64,000 nucleotides of DNA, from the NCBI RefSeq assembly GCF_006345805.1, contig NW_021834792.1, positions 5,337 to 69,336 on the forward strand, written 5' to 3'. Each line of letters opens with the position of its first letter. Positions within the stretch are counted from its first letter, which is position 1. Positions 38,311 to 54,100 of this stretch are shown piece by piece. A model generated the notes under the pieces. That model was given only the letters and a program-made list of their open reading frames with translations. It was not told where the DNA came from and made no database searches. Made by a program: the position numbers and the translations under genes. The stretch is from Octopus sinensis. Lineage: Eukaryota.

Positions 38311-40340
38311 GTGGTGAGGCTGCAGAATCGTTAACACATCGGGCAAAATGCTAGGCGACATTTCGTCCGCGTTTACGTTCCGAGTTCAAACTCCACTAAA
38401 GTTGACTTGCCTTTCATCCATTCGGGGCTAATTAAATAAGGACGAGTTGGATATTCATGTCAATGTAATCGACTTTGTAATCGACGAAATAGGTAATGTA
38501 ATCGACGAAATAGGTATTTCGTCTGTCTTTACGTTCTGAGTTCAAATTCCGCCGAGGTCGACTTTGTCTTTCATCCTTTCTGGGTCGATAAATTAAATAA
38601 CAGTGACGCACCAGTGCGTCACTGGAACTTGATTTATCGATATTAATCCGTTTGTCTGTCCTGTTTGTCCTCTCTGTGTTTAGCCCCTTGTGGGTAGCAA
38701 AGAAATAGATATTTCGTCTGTCTTTACGTTCTGAATTCAAATTCCGCCGATGTCGACTTTGCATTTCATCCTTTCGAGATTGATAAATTAAGTACCAGTT
38801 GTGTACTGAGGTCGATCTAATTGACTGGCCCCCTCCTCCAAAATTTAGGGTCTTGTGCCTAGTGTAGAAAAACAATCGTTAGCACGCTGGACCGAATGCT
38901 TAACGGTATTTCGCCCGTCGCTACTTTCTGAGTTCAAATCCCGCCGAGGTCGACTTTGCCTTTCATCCTTTCAAGGTCGATAAATTAAGTACAAGTGAAA
39001 TACTGGGGTCGCTATAATCGACTTAATCCCCTCCCTCAAGCTGTCCATTATTATAATTATACTACTAAGACTAAGGCGGCGAGGTGGCAGAATCATTAAC
39101 AAGGCGGGCAAAATGCTTAGCAGCATTCCGTCTTTATGTTCTGTGTTCAAATTGTGCCGAGGTCGATTTTGCCTTTCATCCTTCCGAAGTCGATAAAACA
39201 GGTATCAGTTGAACCACTGAGGTCGACGCAATCGACTAGCCTCCTCCTCCAAAATAGCTGGCCTAGAGCCAAAATTTGAAATCATTCTTATTATTACTAC
39301 CATTACTACTGTTATTGAGGCAACGTGCTGCCAGAATTGTTAGCACGTCAGGCACTATTGTTTAGCGGCATTTCGTCTGTCTTTGTGTTCGGAGCTGAAA
39401 TTCCGCCGTGGTCGATTTCCTTGCTACTAAACACAGAGAGGACAAACAAGGACAGACAAACGGATTAAGTCGATTATATCGACTCCAATGCGTAACTGGT
39501 ACTTATTTAATCGACTCCGAAAGGATGAAATGCAAATTCGACCTCGGCGGAATTTGAACTCAGAACGTAGCGGCAGACGAAATATATATTTCTTTACTAC
39601 CCGCAAGGGGCTAAACACAGAGGAGATAAACTAGGACAAACAAAAGGATTAAGTCGATTATATCGACATCGGTGCGTAACTAGTACTAAATTTATCGACC
39701 CCGAAAGGATGAAAGGCAAAGTCGACCTCGGCGGAATTTGAACTCAGAACGTAACGGCAGACGAAATACGGCTACGCATTTCGCCCATCGTGCTAACCTT
39801 TTTGCCAGCTCGCCGCCTTGCCATGGTCGATTTCGCTAGTCATCATTTCAGGGCCAAAAAGGTTGATGTAATCGAAAAACCTTCCCATACTAAAATTGCT
39901 GGCATTGTACCAAAGTTTGAAAAAATTATTATTACTAACGTTTTGCAGTAATTCTTCGCTTTTCACGTTTTAAGTTCAAATTCCGCTATGGTCGACTTTA
40001 CTTTTCATCCTCTCGGGGTCTATAAAACAAGTATCAGTTGAACACTGGGGTCAATGTAACCGATTGGGCCCCTCTCTCACAACTTCAGGTCTGGTGCCTA
40101 AAGAAGAAAGAATTCTCATAGCATTAGTTGTTCAAGTCAAATCGTATCGTACCGAGCTGGACAAAATGCTTAGTGGCATTTCTTTTGGCTCTCTCCGCTC
40201 TGAATTCAAATGCCGTTGAGGTCAGCTTGACCTTTCATTTTTTTTTTAAGTTCGATAAAATAAGTACCAGTTGAGCACTAGAGTCGATGTAATCGACCTA
40301 GCCTCCCCCCCCCCAATTCTCGGCATTGTGCCCATAATAA
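38305..40340. mobile_element. Dense cluster of nested S1 SINEs (about nine segments, both strands)
   Basis: Plus copies at ~38310, 38510, 38710, 38875, 39075, 39315, 39950, 40150; minus copy 39421-39819 inserted within a plus copy. Confidence 0.85.
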
Positions 40341-42469
40341 ATAAAAAGTTATTATATCATTAATATTAGATCGACAGCTGTCACTTTGCTGACGGCAAGA
40401 TAGTAAAATTTAAATTTTAAATTGTTTGTCCATTTAAAATGCTGCGTTCAATATATAAAATATATACAGTTTAAATCCGAAGATTCTTTTAAAGAATTAG
40501 AAAATAATTAACTTTACTTCTATTTTCATTGTCAAGAAAATAGATGTTGTATTAAGCGCCTTTTTAATCTGTAATTTATTGAAATTTAGTTCGTCTTTCT
40601 GAGAGAGGGCTTAGTAAATAATTTTATAATATTGTTCGACTAAAAAGCGTTTACTTAAAAATTATTTTATTTCATATTCTTCAAATTTAATATATGCATT
40701 GTGCAATATTTACATTTACATACGCAGTGTGGTTAAGATACTCGCTTTGCAACCAAATGGTTTCATGTTCAGTCCCACTTGGCGCCACTGTGATCAAGTA
40801 TCTTCTACTGTAGCCGTAAACTGACCAATGCTTTGTGAGTGAATTTGGTAGACGGAAACGTGTGTTTCTTTTTGCACCCCTACCCCCAATATCTTTTGAC
40901 CACAGATGTTAGTTTGTTTACATCCCCATGGCCTTACGGTTCGGCAAAAGTGAATGATAGCATAAGTACATGACTGTAAAAATAAATGAATAAATAAATA
41001 AAACGTAAATACTTGGGTCGATTACTTCGAATAAACCCCTTAAGGTGGTGCAACAGCATGGCCGAATTCCAACGACTGAAATAAAGTAAAAATAAAAAGC
41101 GAGATATTACGAAGATGATTACTCCATAGACAATGTTTCCTGTCAATGTTCTGCTTTCGTCATTATAATATGTCATTCAGGTTGGTTTGAAGAAGACTTA
41201 GCTATTATTTTTAGCAGATCATGTAACCACATAATAAAGTTCTGAAATTTGTGGATATGTGTATGTGTGTGTTAATAATAATTGTGGCAGATTATGGATG
41301 CGAAAGGGAATTTCATTCATAATAATTTTCTCCATATTATTTAAGGTTGTGTTTCAGTAAAATTATGTTTGCCAAACTTCCTGAGACATAGACAAAGCGG
41401 TAAATTATTATGATACCTACCTCAAAAGTAAATAGTTTCATGAGGCAGAAAGAACTGTATTTAGTCAATCGCAATATGTTGATAGGAAAATTAACGGCTT
41501 CACTGAATAAAGGTTTTAGCCAATCTGTCACTATTTTCATTACCTTTCTCTTGCTTCTTTCAGCCTACTCCTTTAATCTTTTTCATTTCGTTACATAGAC
41601 TGTTGTTGAATTTGAGAATAAAATATTCATTGCCATTTTTCCTTGGTGTGCGAAGAAAAAAACTTTCACCAAAAATAAAATCCGTATTTCCTTACATTTC
41701 CAATGTGGATTCAATGAATAAATTGAATAATTCACTCTCTTTATTTATTTAATTATTTATCTTATTTATTTACTTATTTATTCGTTCGTCAGATAAATTA
41801 CTTGAAAATCATCTTCATCTGATAATAGCATGTGACAGACGGACAGACGAACGGCCAGAGAAACACGGCTCGTATTACAATATAAAATAGATTGTAACGT
41901 CACTGAAGATCTGGTTTCTGGATTCGTTATCGCCATATCCTGGGTATTAACATCCAATAATTTCCTATCCGACTTTGTTTAACTGAAAACAGGATTCTTT
42001 TTTAAGCAACACGAAGAATTGTTCTATTTTTGTTATTTCTGTTATTTTTAATTTTCGATTTAATTGAATAACTCCATGCTTCTAAAATTATTAGCCTTGT
42101 GCCAAAATTTGAAATAATTACCCTTCTTTAATATGAAAAATGTATTGCAAATGAGAGTTTTCAATCTTGCTAGAAAAAACTGCCAAATTACATGCAAATT
42201 TGGATGGGTATTATAGACCTGAGTTCGCTATATATAGTGAAAAGTACTGTTCTATATTTTAGAGGTGAGGAATTCTGTGCATCATTTACATCTATTAGTA
42301 AAAATAAATAACAATAATGTAAATAATATATAACAAAAAGATAGAGTGGTTATAGTTGGAATGTCTTTAATCACAGAACTATTTGATAAAGATTGACCTA
42401 GATTCTACAAAAACTAATACAACGATATTGTTATCTCTAAGGAGGTAATTTTACTTTCGAGCCCTTTAC

Positions 42470-43125
42470 AGTAATTCTTTGCTTTTACGTTTTAAGTTCA
42501 AATTCCGTTGGAGGCCAGCTTTACCTTTCATCCTCTCGGGGTCAATAAAACAAGTATCAATTGTACACTGGGATCAATGTAATCGATTGGGCCCCTCTTG
42601 GGTGCCTAATGAAGAAAGAATTCTCATAGCATTAGTCAATATAATCGACTAACCCCTCACCCCCAAATTTCAGGCCTTGTGCTTATAATAGAAACGATTA
42701 ATAACCGGGAGTTTGTTTTAAAGGTGGTGAGCTGGCAGAATCGTTAGCACGTCGGGCGAAATGCTGAGCGGTATTTCGTCTGCCGCTACGTTCCCAGTTC
42801 AAATTCCGCCGAGGTCAACTTTGCTTTTCATCCTTTCAGGGTCGATTAAATAAATACCAGTTACGCACTGGGGTCGATATAATCGACTTAATCTGTTTGT
42901 CTGTCCTTGTTTGTCCTCTCTGTGTTTAGCCCCTTGTGGGTAGTAAAGAAATAGGTATTTCGCCCGTCGCTCCATTCTGAGTTCAAATTCCGCCGAGGTC
43001 AACTTTGCCTTTCATCCTTTTAGGGGCGATAAATTAAGTACTAGTTGCGTACTGGGGTCGATGTAATCGACTGCAACCCCACTCCCGCAAAATTTCGGTC
43101 CTTGTGCCTAGAGTAGAAAAGAATT
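42470..43125 (+). mobile_element. Old S1 fragment followed by S1 head + unit + terminal unit (42722-43125)
   Basis: Direct match to S1 head, unit and CTTGTGCCTAGAGTAGAAAAG tail. Confidence 0.85.
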
Positions 43126-44204
43126 ACTGGACGAGGAGAGAAAATTAAAAGAAGGTAGACGCGACAGGTTAGAATATTTTAATATGTAAAGCAAAAAAAT
43201 AGGCAAACGTAATTTGACGTCTAGCTGTTTTATATTATAATATAACCGAATAGGAAAGAGTTTAAACAGACAGTTATGATTGCTTTTATAATGATTTTAC
43301 GTGTCTAAACGTTGGCAAGTGTTGTATTTTTTGTATATTATTTATAATAATTAATAATAATGTAATCGATGTTTTAACGATAGTATCAAATTTGTATACT
43401 GCATAATTTAAGTGAACGTTGTTTGATTAGGTCAATATTTATGTACATATTAATACTGCTATGGCTTTTAATTTTGTATGAGATGAATATTAAAATGCAT
43501 TATGGTCTTCCGGAAGTGACTGGTAGAGTTAATGCGTAGTCATTTTGGAAGAGTAGACGATTATTGAAGGGGAGATAAGTTAACTAATTATTTGTAAATA
43601 TAACAGATGGCGGTGCCCCAGCATGGCCACAGCTCGTGAGCTGAAACTAGAATCAATCAATCAATATATATTTAACACTAAGGCGGCGAGCTGGCAGAAT
43701 CGTTAGCATACAGGGGGAAAATGATTAGCGGCATTTCGCCCGTCTTCACGTTCTGAGTTCAAATTCCGCCTAGGTCGACTTTACCTTTGGAGACGATAAA
43801 ATAAGTACCTGTTAAACACAAGTGTCGATACACTCGACTTACCCCTCCCCGCAAAATGTTGGCCTCGTGCCAACATTTGAAACCAATATATATTTCACCC
43901 AAAAGTATTTACTACTTATTCATAAACTTACCCAAATATATATATAAAAAAAAAGACATACCTGCTTTGCCCATAAATACACAAATAAAATCACACCCAC
44001 GATCGCAAGCGCACGTAATGTTTTAATACATACATGTATGTACACGAAACTAAATGGAAACAAGAAGGATATACCGGAGAATATTCTTTAAAATTTCAAA
44101 TTAAAGGGGTGGATTTATTTTTTCGACACGTACTAATCTTGCTCATCTATATACACTTCTGGGACACCTGGTGCGCACGTATGTATGTGTTGGTGTCTGT
44201 TTAC

Positions 44205-44241
<37 letters not shown>

Positions 44242-44654
44242 ATCTATCTATCTATCTATCTATCTGTCTGTCTGCCTATCTATCTAATTATCAACCTCAC
44301 TCTCTCGGTATATATATTCATACATATTCACATACATATATAATTATATACTAAAATTATTTGTATGAAGTATATTACATAAATCCATATAGTGTAGATG
44401 TATATTAGTGATAAAATATTTTGTGCAGAGGCATTAAAAATCTAATTAGAAATAATTATACCGTAGCGGGAAAAAAAGCAAGCAGAAGAATATTGAAAGA
44501 AAATAGTTATTTCAGAAACAGCAGAGTTGGTGTGAAGATAAGCAGTAACAGCAACGACGACAACGACGACGATTAGAATGATGACAAACAAGACAACGAA
44601 AACGAAGAGGAAGACAAAGACGATGGCAACGACAAAGTCCATGATGTTCTCGAC

Positions 44655-45040
44655 GACGCCGCCGACGAAGATGTCGTCGTCAACGACGAGGACACTGTTG
44701 ACAACGACGACGACGACGATGACAGCCGATAACGAGAGCAACGACGACGTTGGCATAATGATGACGATGATGCCAACGCTGATGTCGACGCTGTCGAGGA
44801 CGACGACGTGGACAAAGCCGACGCCGCCGACGAAGATGTCGTTGTCAATAATGAGGACACTGTTGACAACGACAACGACGACGATGACAGCCGATAACGA
44901 GAGCAACGACGACGTTGGCATAATGATGACGATGATGCCAACGCTGATGTCGACGCTGTCGAGGACGACGACGGGGACAAAGCCGACGCCGCCGACGAAG
45001 ATGTCGTTGTCAATAATGAAGACACTGTTGACAACGACGA
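44655..45040. repeat. 165-bp tandem repeat (~2.3 units) inside a GAC/GAT-rich tract (44540-45110)
   Basis: GACGCCGCCGACGAAGATGTCG at 44655, 44820, 44985. Confidence 0.9.
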
Positions 45041-45374
45041 TGATGAAGATGACGGCGACGAAGACGACGACGGTGAAGACGACGACGACGAAAACGTCGC
45101 CTCCGCCTACGCCGACACCAAGGCCTCTACCAGTGTGTTGCCCCAGCATAGCCGCAGTCCAATAAATGAACCAAGTAGAAGATAAAACATAGATAATTAT
45201 TGACCACCCAGTGTCCAGTGTCCATCCCCTTATCCTGTCACTTGTGTCCATCCAATGAGCTGTCAAGTTCTACAACAAACAACATATGCTTGTTGTTAAA
45301 GATTAAGTAGGTTAATCATCACCATCGTCATCATCATCATCGTCGTCGTCATCATCATCATCATCCTCAACATC

Positions 45375-45404
<30 letters not shown>

Positions 45405-45405
<1 letters not shown>

Positions 45406-45712
45406 GATACCACCTGGTCTCAGCAGGTAGAAAGTAACAAGGGCCTCCACTCAGGTCTTTCCTTTGACCCTCTTATACATCAACCATCTGACAGGTAGTT
45501 CAGTTAGGTCCTTGATTTTTATCAAACCAGTGTGTTCTAGAGATCTTTCTTCCTCTCGAGCTTTTTCTTTTCGTCCGTTCTTTTAGTAAGAGCCTTTGTA
45601 TATGTTGAGCTCTTAATATATTTTTCCATTTGTTTTTAATAGTTGACAGTAAAGATCCTTTTTATTCTATTTGCTAGTAACAGCACTTCTTCATTCGTTT
45701 TATGATTTGTCC
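45405..45712 (-). mobile_element. RTE-clade LINE 3' end with (TGA)n tail
   Basis: LRI*WTNHKTNEEVL...SRGRK...W.D; tail 45310-45405. Confidence 0.65.
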
Positions 45713-45849
45713 ATCATATCCTTAACGTCCTTCTGTAGTAGGTAAACGTATGTTTATGCCTGTGGTATTAAAACACTGAAGTAGGATGAAATATGTGTCG
45801 AAAGTTAAATTGCTGATGATACACACATGCGCGCGCGCACTTACATAGG

Positions 45850-45980
45850 CATATATATACATACATACATACATACATACATACATACATACATACATAC
45901 ATACATACATACATACATACATACATACATAATACATACATACGTACATACATACATACATACATACATACACATATATG

Positions 45981-46038
<58 letters not shown>

Positions 46039-46260
46039 TAATTTAGGGTATCTAAGAGATACCACCACACTGGAAATAGCAGTCAAAACTTGACTCTAAA
46101 ACCACATTAAATGTTCATTTTAAATAATTATTACCTTTGAACGTTTTTATTCCCATGCTGGCCACCTGATAAGATCGGTATTTAGATTTCAATCTTATAC
46201 ACACATACACGCACGCACACACACACACATACACACACACACACCACACACACACACACA

Positions 46261-46312
<52 letters not shown>

Positions 46313-46477
46313 TTTACACACATACGTACATACATACATATCTGAATATGTATAAATATATGTATATATATATATATATATATGTATGTGTATATATTCA
46401 TGTACACACACATACACACACGCATATAAACATACATACATAATACATACATATATACACACACATACATACATACA

Positions 46478-46508
<31 letters not shown>

Positions 46509-47289
46509 CATACATACATACATACATTCGGATAGCTGAAACTCGAAAAGGAGCCTTGGAAAGCACACAAGGTATTTACCCCGATAATATTAAAACCACA
46601 CACGTTTAATGAGAAAGGTACGGGATATAATTCCTAACATGCTTTTCGTTTTTTTTTTTTACTCTCGGTTAGAGAACCTTCTTGCTGAAGTATTTGCTCA
46701 ACGAACAATTAAGTGAATATTCATAAACGCATGTTTATTAGCTCAAAGAATGTCGTTCAAAAACAAAATAAATCTCCGACGCCTTTACAGTTGATAAATA
46801 ACAATTAACTAAATGAAAGTAATATTTAATGACAAGAACATTAAATAGCTAAAAGGCTACCACGCACCTCCTCCTTAATTTCACCACTTACACACACCTC
46901 CACCCCTCTTTTGACCTGTATTCTCTCTGTCTATCTCACTCTCTGTCCCTGTGTCCGTGACTTCTATCATTCTCTCTCCTTTATATATCTACCTATCTCT
47001 CTCGTTTCCATCTAACCCCCTTCCTTTCTCTCTGTCTCTCTGTCTCTGTCTCTTTCGTTAAATATTGAATGTGCTCATATTACACATCAAGGACAGCTAC
47101 TAATTCTGTGCAAGATCTCCTTTACTCTGTCTCGCCACCCTTCATACTTCCCAATGTCTCCTTAACTTAATGTTATTACCTCGTCTGAAGAGCGTGGGGG
47201 CCGTACTTGTAACCTCTTCAGACAGTTTGTCCTTGACTGAAGAACAATACGAATAAACGTGTAGTGACAGTGTAATTTTAACTTTTATT

Positions 47290-47336
<47 letters not shown>

Positions 47337-47660
47337 GCGCACACACATACACACACACAACATACACATAAACGCACACTACACATAGGTGCATACATAT
47401 GTATGTATTTATGTATATATGTATGTATGTGTGTTTGTGAGTGAGAGATTGTGTGTGTGCGTGCACACACGCACACACACATATATATACATATTACATA
47501 TATACACATTCTATATATACATATATATATACATATACATATATATGTATATATATGATATATATATATATACACATGTGTGCATATATATATATATGTG
47601 TGTGTGTATGTGTGTGTGTGTGAGTATGTGTGTGTGTTGTGTGTGTGTGTGTATTATAAC
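45850..47660. repeat. (CATA)n, (TA)n, (CA)n, (TG)n tracts
   Basis: Direct reading. Confidence 0.85.
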
Positions 47661-48478
47661 AAATGACTGTACTAGACTGCAGAAGCAATGTAGTTTTCTA
47701 GCCAGTATCACTGAAAATGTTCATCTTGATTAATGTACACACACACACGCGCACACACACACACACACACACACACAAATACACACACAGAGAGTTATGT
47801 CTTGCCTTTAGGCTTTGGTCTTTAACTGTCTAAAATTGAATTTTAGCGGCTTCAACCGGACCAGTCTCGGGGAGTCTGTAAAGATCATAGAGACTCTCAG
47901 TTCCTCCAGACTCACCAAGTAAAAAGCAGAAGTAGCAGAGTGTCCTTCAGTGAGTTTCTACATTTACCTTCATTTAACACTGAATATTCATCACTCTTCG
48001 AGGCTTTGCCTAAGCATGGCCGCAGTCCAGTGAGTAAAACAAGTAAAAGAGACATCCCTGTAAAAACAAAAACAAACAAAAAATCAAACAGAGATGGCTG
48101 TTTTAATGAGTTGTTATTTCGTCATCCGTTGTTTTTCTCTTTTTTTCTGTTTTATGATTGAAATTGTGGAAATGAATACGAATGACATTTTATGTTATTA
48201 TTCAATAAAATTTTCTATATGGTTTTCTCTTGCGAAATTTTTGTTTAATATTAAGTTTAATAGGATATTATCTTCTGTGAATACACTATTCACAAACGAA
48301 TGTCAAATATACTGTCACGACTGCCTCTACAACCCTATGTTTCAGTTGTTCCATCAATTGCGCTGGATGAAGACACACTCCAACCCCTGACCCATAATCG
48401 TACAGTCTCCTTTTCTTGTCTTTGATATTGCTACTATAACGGCCTCTTCTCTTTGGAGCTAGTTCGACCCTACCTACT

Positions 48479-48515
<37 letters not shown>

Positions 48516-48580
48516 TCTCCTCTCTCTATCTCTCCTCCCTCTCTATCTCCTATCTTCTATCTATCATCTATCTATCTAAT

Positions 48581-48614
<34 letters not shown>

Positions 48615-48983
48615 ATATCTCTCCCGCTCTCTGCCCACTCAACAACCAATGCCTACTTTAATTTTTTTTTGTTAAAAGCATTCTTTCAAGTGTCTACAAA
48701 CACAGCCAAGCGGAAATGGGTAATGCTTCTCAACTTGAGCGGATGGGCCCCTTAGATACTATTTTGGACCCCCATATTATGGATTCTAATGGCACAAAGG
48801 CCTAACTTGCCATCGGACGGCTGCTAGTCCGCCTCTGTGTATATGTATGTGTATATATATATATATAGTATATATATATTATATATAATATTATATATAT
48901 ATGGTGTGTGTGTGTGTGTGTGCGTGTTGTGTGTGTGGTGTGTGTTTGTGTGTGTGTGTGGGTGTGTGGGGTGTGTGTGTGTA

Positions 48984-49183
48984 TTGAACCTTGGAGGGGC
49001 ATTATGCTGGTTATTATAAATACAATCCCTGGTTCGGTCCTTCATTGTTATTGTTCAGTATTGTTCGTGTTGTTATCTGACCGTTCGACAACAGGTGTGA
49101 TAGAATAAGTATCAATAACAATAAAGGACCGAAACAGTGCGTGTGTTTATAATTACCGGCATAATACCCCTCCCAAGGTTCAA
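48984..49183. mobile_element. 200-bp palindromic MITE with TA TSD
   Basis: TA-TTGAACCTTGG ... CCAAGGTTCAA-TA; ~75-bp imperfect arms. Confidence 0.7.
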
Positions 49184-49664
49184 TAGTATTTGTTTCAACA
49201 CACGAATTCACATCAAGAATGTTACAAACCAAATACAAATACGAACTTTATGTATATATAACAAGCATCTCAATTCATATACATTACTTTATATTATTCT
49301 TAAATTAGTTACGTCAACTAATTTAAGAATAATATAAAATAATGTATATGAATTGACATGCTTCTTATGTCTCGGTCTGTGTTGTCTTCTTTCACAAATG
49401 TATATCTTCTAAATCTGAAAACTAAAATGGATCCATAGATCACGTCTCAGTTAGAAGCTTAAAACCGTGATAATTCGTTTAGATCACCAGAGAATTAAAC
49501 ACTTATATTCTGAGTGTGTATATATATATATATATATATAATATATATATATATATACTCAAGACACAAGGCCCGAAATTTTGTGGAGGTGTCCAGTTGA
49601 TTAGATCGACTCCAGTATGCAACTGGTACTTATTTATCGAACCTGAAAGGCGCGAAAGGCAAAG

Positions 49665-49715
<51 letters not shown>

Positions 49716-50399
49716 TGGGGTACTTAGATGTGCTCATGACTCTTGCTTATGCTTTTCAATGGCTACTTGTAAGTATTTCATTATTTCTAATCGTATTTTC
49801 TACTGTAGAGGGAAGAATCCATACGATTAATCCCGAAATTGATTCAATATAGAAATAACGAACTTTTAAAGAAAATACTGTTAGCTAGCTTTCCTCGATT
49901 TCAGCACGACGTGTATTTATAGTGAATGTAAAATAAAATGTGGAAATTGACGATTTAAGTCTGTTCTCAGCATATTGGCATAGAAATAATTTTTCTTTTG
50001 CCCTTGTTATATATATACGAACAAAACGCCTCCGTCCAATGGACGGTGTTGAGTTGTCAAACGTTTAAACCAAACTTTCTCAAAACAACTTGTCCGACCG
50101 TTCCATAGGCTTCCCCTTTGAGAAACACTGATTTAACCTTAATTTGAGACACCAGCAAAAGAAGAAATAAAGATAGACTTTTTTCTATTCTAAAGAAAAA
50201 CGATTTTATATGCAACCGAAGAGTTTAAAGTACCAGTAATGATAAGGCTGTTGACTGGGAGAACACAAACATGGTTTAAACAGTAAGCTTGGCAGGAAAG
50301 AAATGTGCCTTTAAGTAGAACAAAAACAACAAAAAATGGAAGATGCAGTTATGTACAGGTTGACGGAGGAAAGCACGTTCCCACAGCTTTATCGATCGC

Positions 50400-50562
50400 A
50401 TTCTCACCTGGAATCGATTTTTGTAATTCTTTCAAGACTTATACATGCCCTGATACCGTCGGTATCTACATATCAAATTTGAACGCAATCGGATGGAGGA
50501 TACCCGAGATCCTAGAAAACACATACGCAGACACACAGAACTGATTTTATGTAATAGATATA
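50400..50562 (+). mobile_element. Possible non-autonomous Helitron/Helentron-like (DINE-type) 3' portion
   Basis: AAATTTGAACGCAATCGG...CTAG...ACACACAGAAC..TTTTATGTAATAGAT resembles the usual terminal layout; recognition only. Confidence 0.35.
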
Positions 50563-50679
50563 GTAACTAAACGCCACGCCTCCCGACTTTTGTTAGTAAC
50601 AGTAAGTTTTTCATATATATATAATGGTGTTTCCCATCTATAATTTAATCAAACCTAAGCACTTTTAATAAAATTATAT

Positions 50680-51860
<1,181 letters not shown>

Positions 51861-52339
51861 AGCAGTGAAATTAAAGATACCTATTGTCCTTTACATTTAC
51901 TTATGCAAGATAAAACTCCGTTGCAATGGAAAGTCAAAAAAACAGCAAAAACCAAAAATCAAAAGCAGGCAAAAAAGAAGTGAAGAAAGGAAGACAGATA
52001 GAGTGAAGTAAGGACATATATAATCTTCAATTTAAATGTGATTTACACACACACACACACATACATATATATACGTGATCTTTATTTTGTCTTTGACTAT
52101 AAAAATCCATCTAATCGTTTATTCTGTCAGAAATTTTATGCAGCATTTTAGAATGTATGCATATATATATATATATATAGCTGTGTGGGAAGAAGTTTGC
52201 TCCCAATCGCGTGGTCCCGGGTTCAGTTCCACTGTGTGGCACCTCGAGTAAGTGTTTTCTACTATAGCCTAGGGCCGACCAAAGCCTTGTGAGTGGATTT
52301 GGTGACGGAAACTGAAAGAACTTTGTCGTATATATATAT

Positions 52340-52403
<64 letters not shown>

Positions 52404-52733
52404 GTGTGTGTGTGTGGGGTGTGTGTGTGTGTGTGTGTGTGTCAATGTGGGTGTCTTTGTGGGGGTCTTTGTGTTTCTGTCTCCCGGCACTGCTTTATAA
52501 CCGGTGGTGATTTGTTTAAGTACCCGGTTCAGCAATAGAGACCGATAGAGGCTTAAAATATAATTACTAGGTTCGTTTTCTTCGACTAAGCTCTTAAGGC
52601 TCCCACTTGGCCGCATTCCAGAGACTGAAACAAGTCAATGATAAAAGATAAAAGATACAGACATTCATACATACATACTTACATACATATACCAACAGAT
52701 AAACACAGACACAGACATTTTACTTTCATTACC

Positions 52734-52778
<45 letters not shown>

Positions 52779-53569
52779 ATAATATGTATATATATATATA
52801 TGCACCAGATTATCCTCGCAATTTCGGCTGATTCTTCTTGAAATTGCTCCAAACTGGCCAGCCCCAAGGAAAATCTAAGCTAAGAGCATTAGATTCTTTG
52901 GAAGAAAGCAGCGAATATATGTGTGTGTGTGTGTATGTATATATACATTCATATATGTACATACTTACATATATATGTATATACATATGCATATATGAGT
53001 ACAGGGCGTCTTACAACGTAAACAACATCAAATAGGTAATACGAAAACACGGAATATGAACTTTTTTGCGAACAACGAAAGAAACAAATTGAAAACAAGA
53101 GAAGTAACACAAAGAACGACTTTTCATCAGTTGTCGGCTGTTTATCTACTCCAAATTTCGAACAGTTACGACAAGATGTGTCTTCGAGAAAACAGTTGTT
53201 CCCGTAAAGCAAAATAATATTTGAGATCTGCGGAGGGTCAAAGTTGGTAACAAAAGTAGGACAGTGAAAACAAACAGTAATAGATGCTAAGCAATAACGA
53301 GGTGAGGTGGCGAACGCTGGAGAAACAAGCTTTGACAGGTGAAAAGACAGGAGACACACACACAAACACACACACACACACGTGTAAATATATACATTTA
53401 ATCTTTTTGGACTAATATTTACACGTGTGTGTGTGTGTCTCCTGTCTTTTCTCGATTAGTGTGTTGAAGTGTTGAGTAGAGCACTGGTACCGTTTGGGCT
53501 ACCTGGTGTCATCCGCAGTTGGGGTATATTTCCGTTGGATCTACTTCAGGAATTCCGCTTTGTTTGTTG

Positions 53570-54100
53570 AGATAATCGACTTCGGAGGAATTTGAATTCA
53601 GAACATAACGACGGACGAAATACCTATTTCTTTACTACCCACAAGGGGCTAAACACAGAGGGGACAAACAAGGACAGACAAACGGATTAAGTCAATTACA
53701 TCGCCCCCAGTACTCATCTTGTACTTAATTTATCGACCCCGAAAGTATGAAAGGCAAAGTCGACCTTGGCGGAATTTGAACTTAAAACGTAAAGACAGAC
53801 GAAATACCGCTCAGAATTTTGCCTGACATGCTAACGATTCTGCCAATTCGCCTCCTTCCATGTCTGTATAATAATGTATTTCTTTACTGCCCACAAGGGG
53901 CTAAACATAGAGGGGACAAACAAGGACAGACAAAGGGATTAAGTCGATTACATCGACCCCAGTATGTAACTGGTACTTTATTTATCGACCCCGAAAGGAT
54001 GAAAGGCAAAGTCGACCTCGGCGGAATTTGAACTCAGAACGTAACGACAGACGAAATACGGCTACGCATTTCGCCCGGCGTGCTAACGTTTCTGCCAGTT
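53570..54100 (-). mobile_element. Two adjacent S1 SINEs
   Basis: Reverse-complement heads near 53855 and 54095 with 184-bp units. Confidence 0.85.

Noticed and set aside
44578-45165. 195-aa Thr/Met-rich ORF as a CDS
   Set aside because: By-product of a GAC-rich tract with period divisible by three; no domain or splice context.
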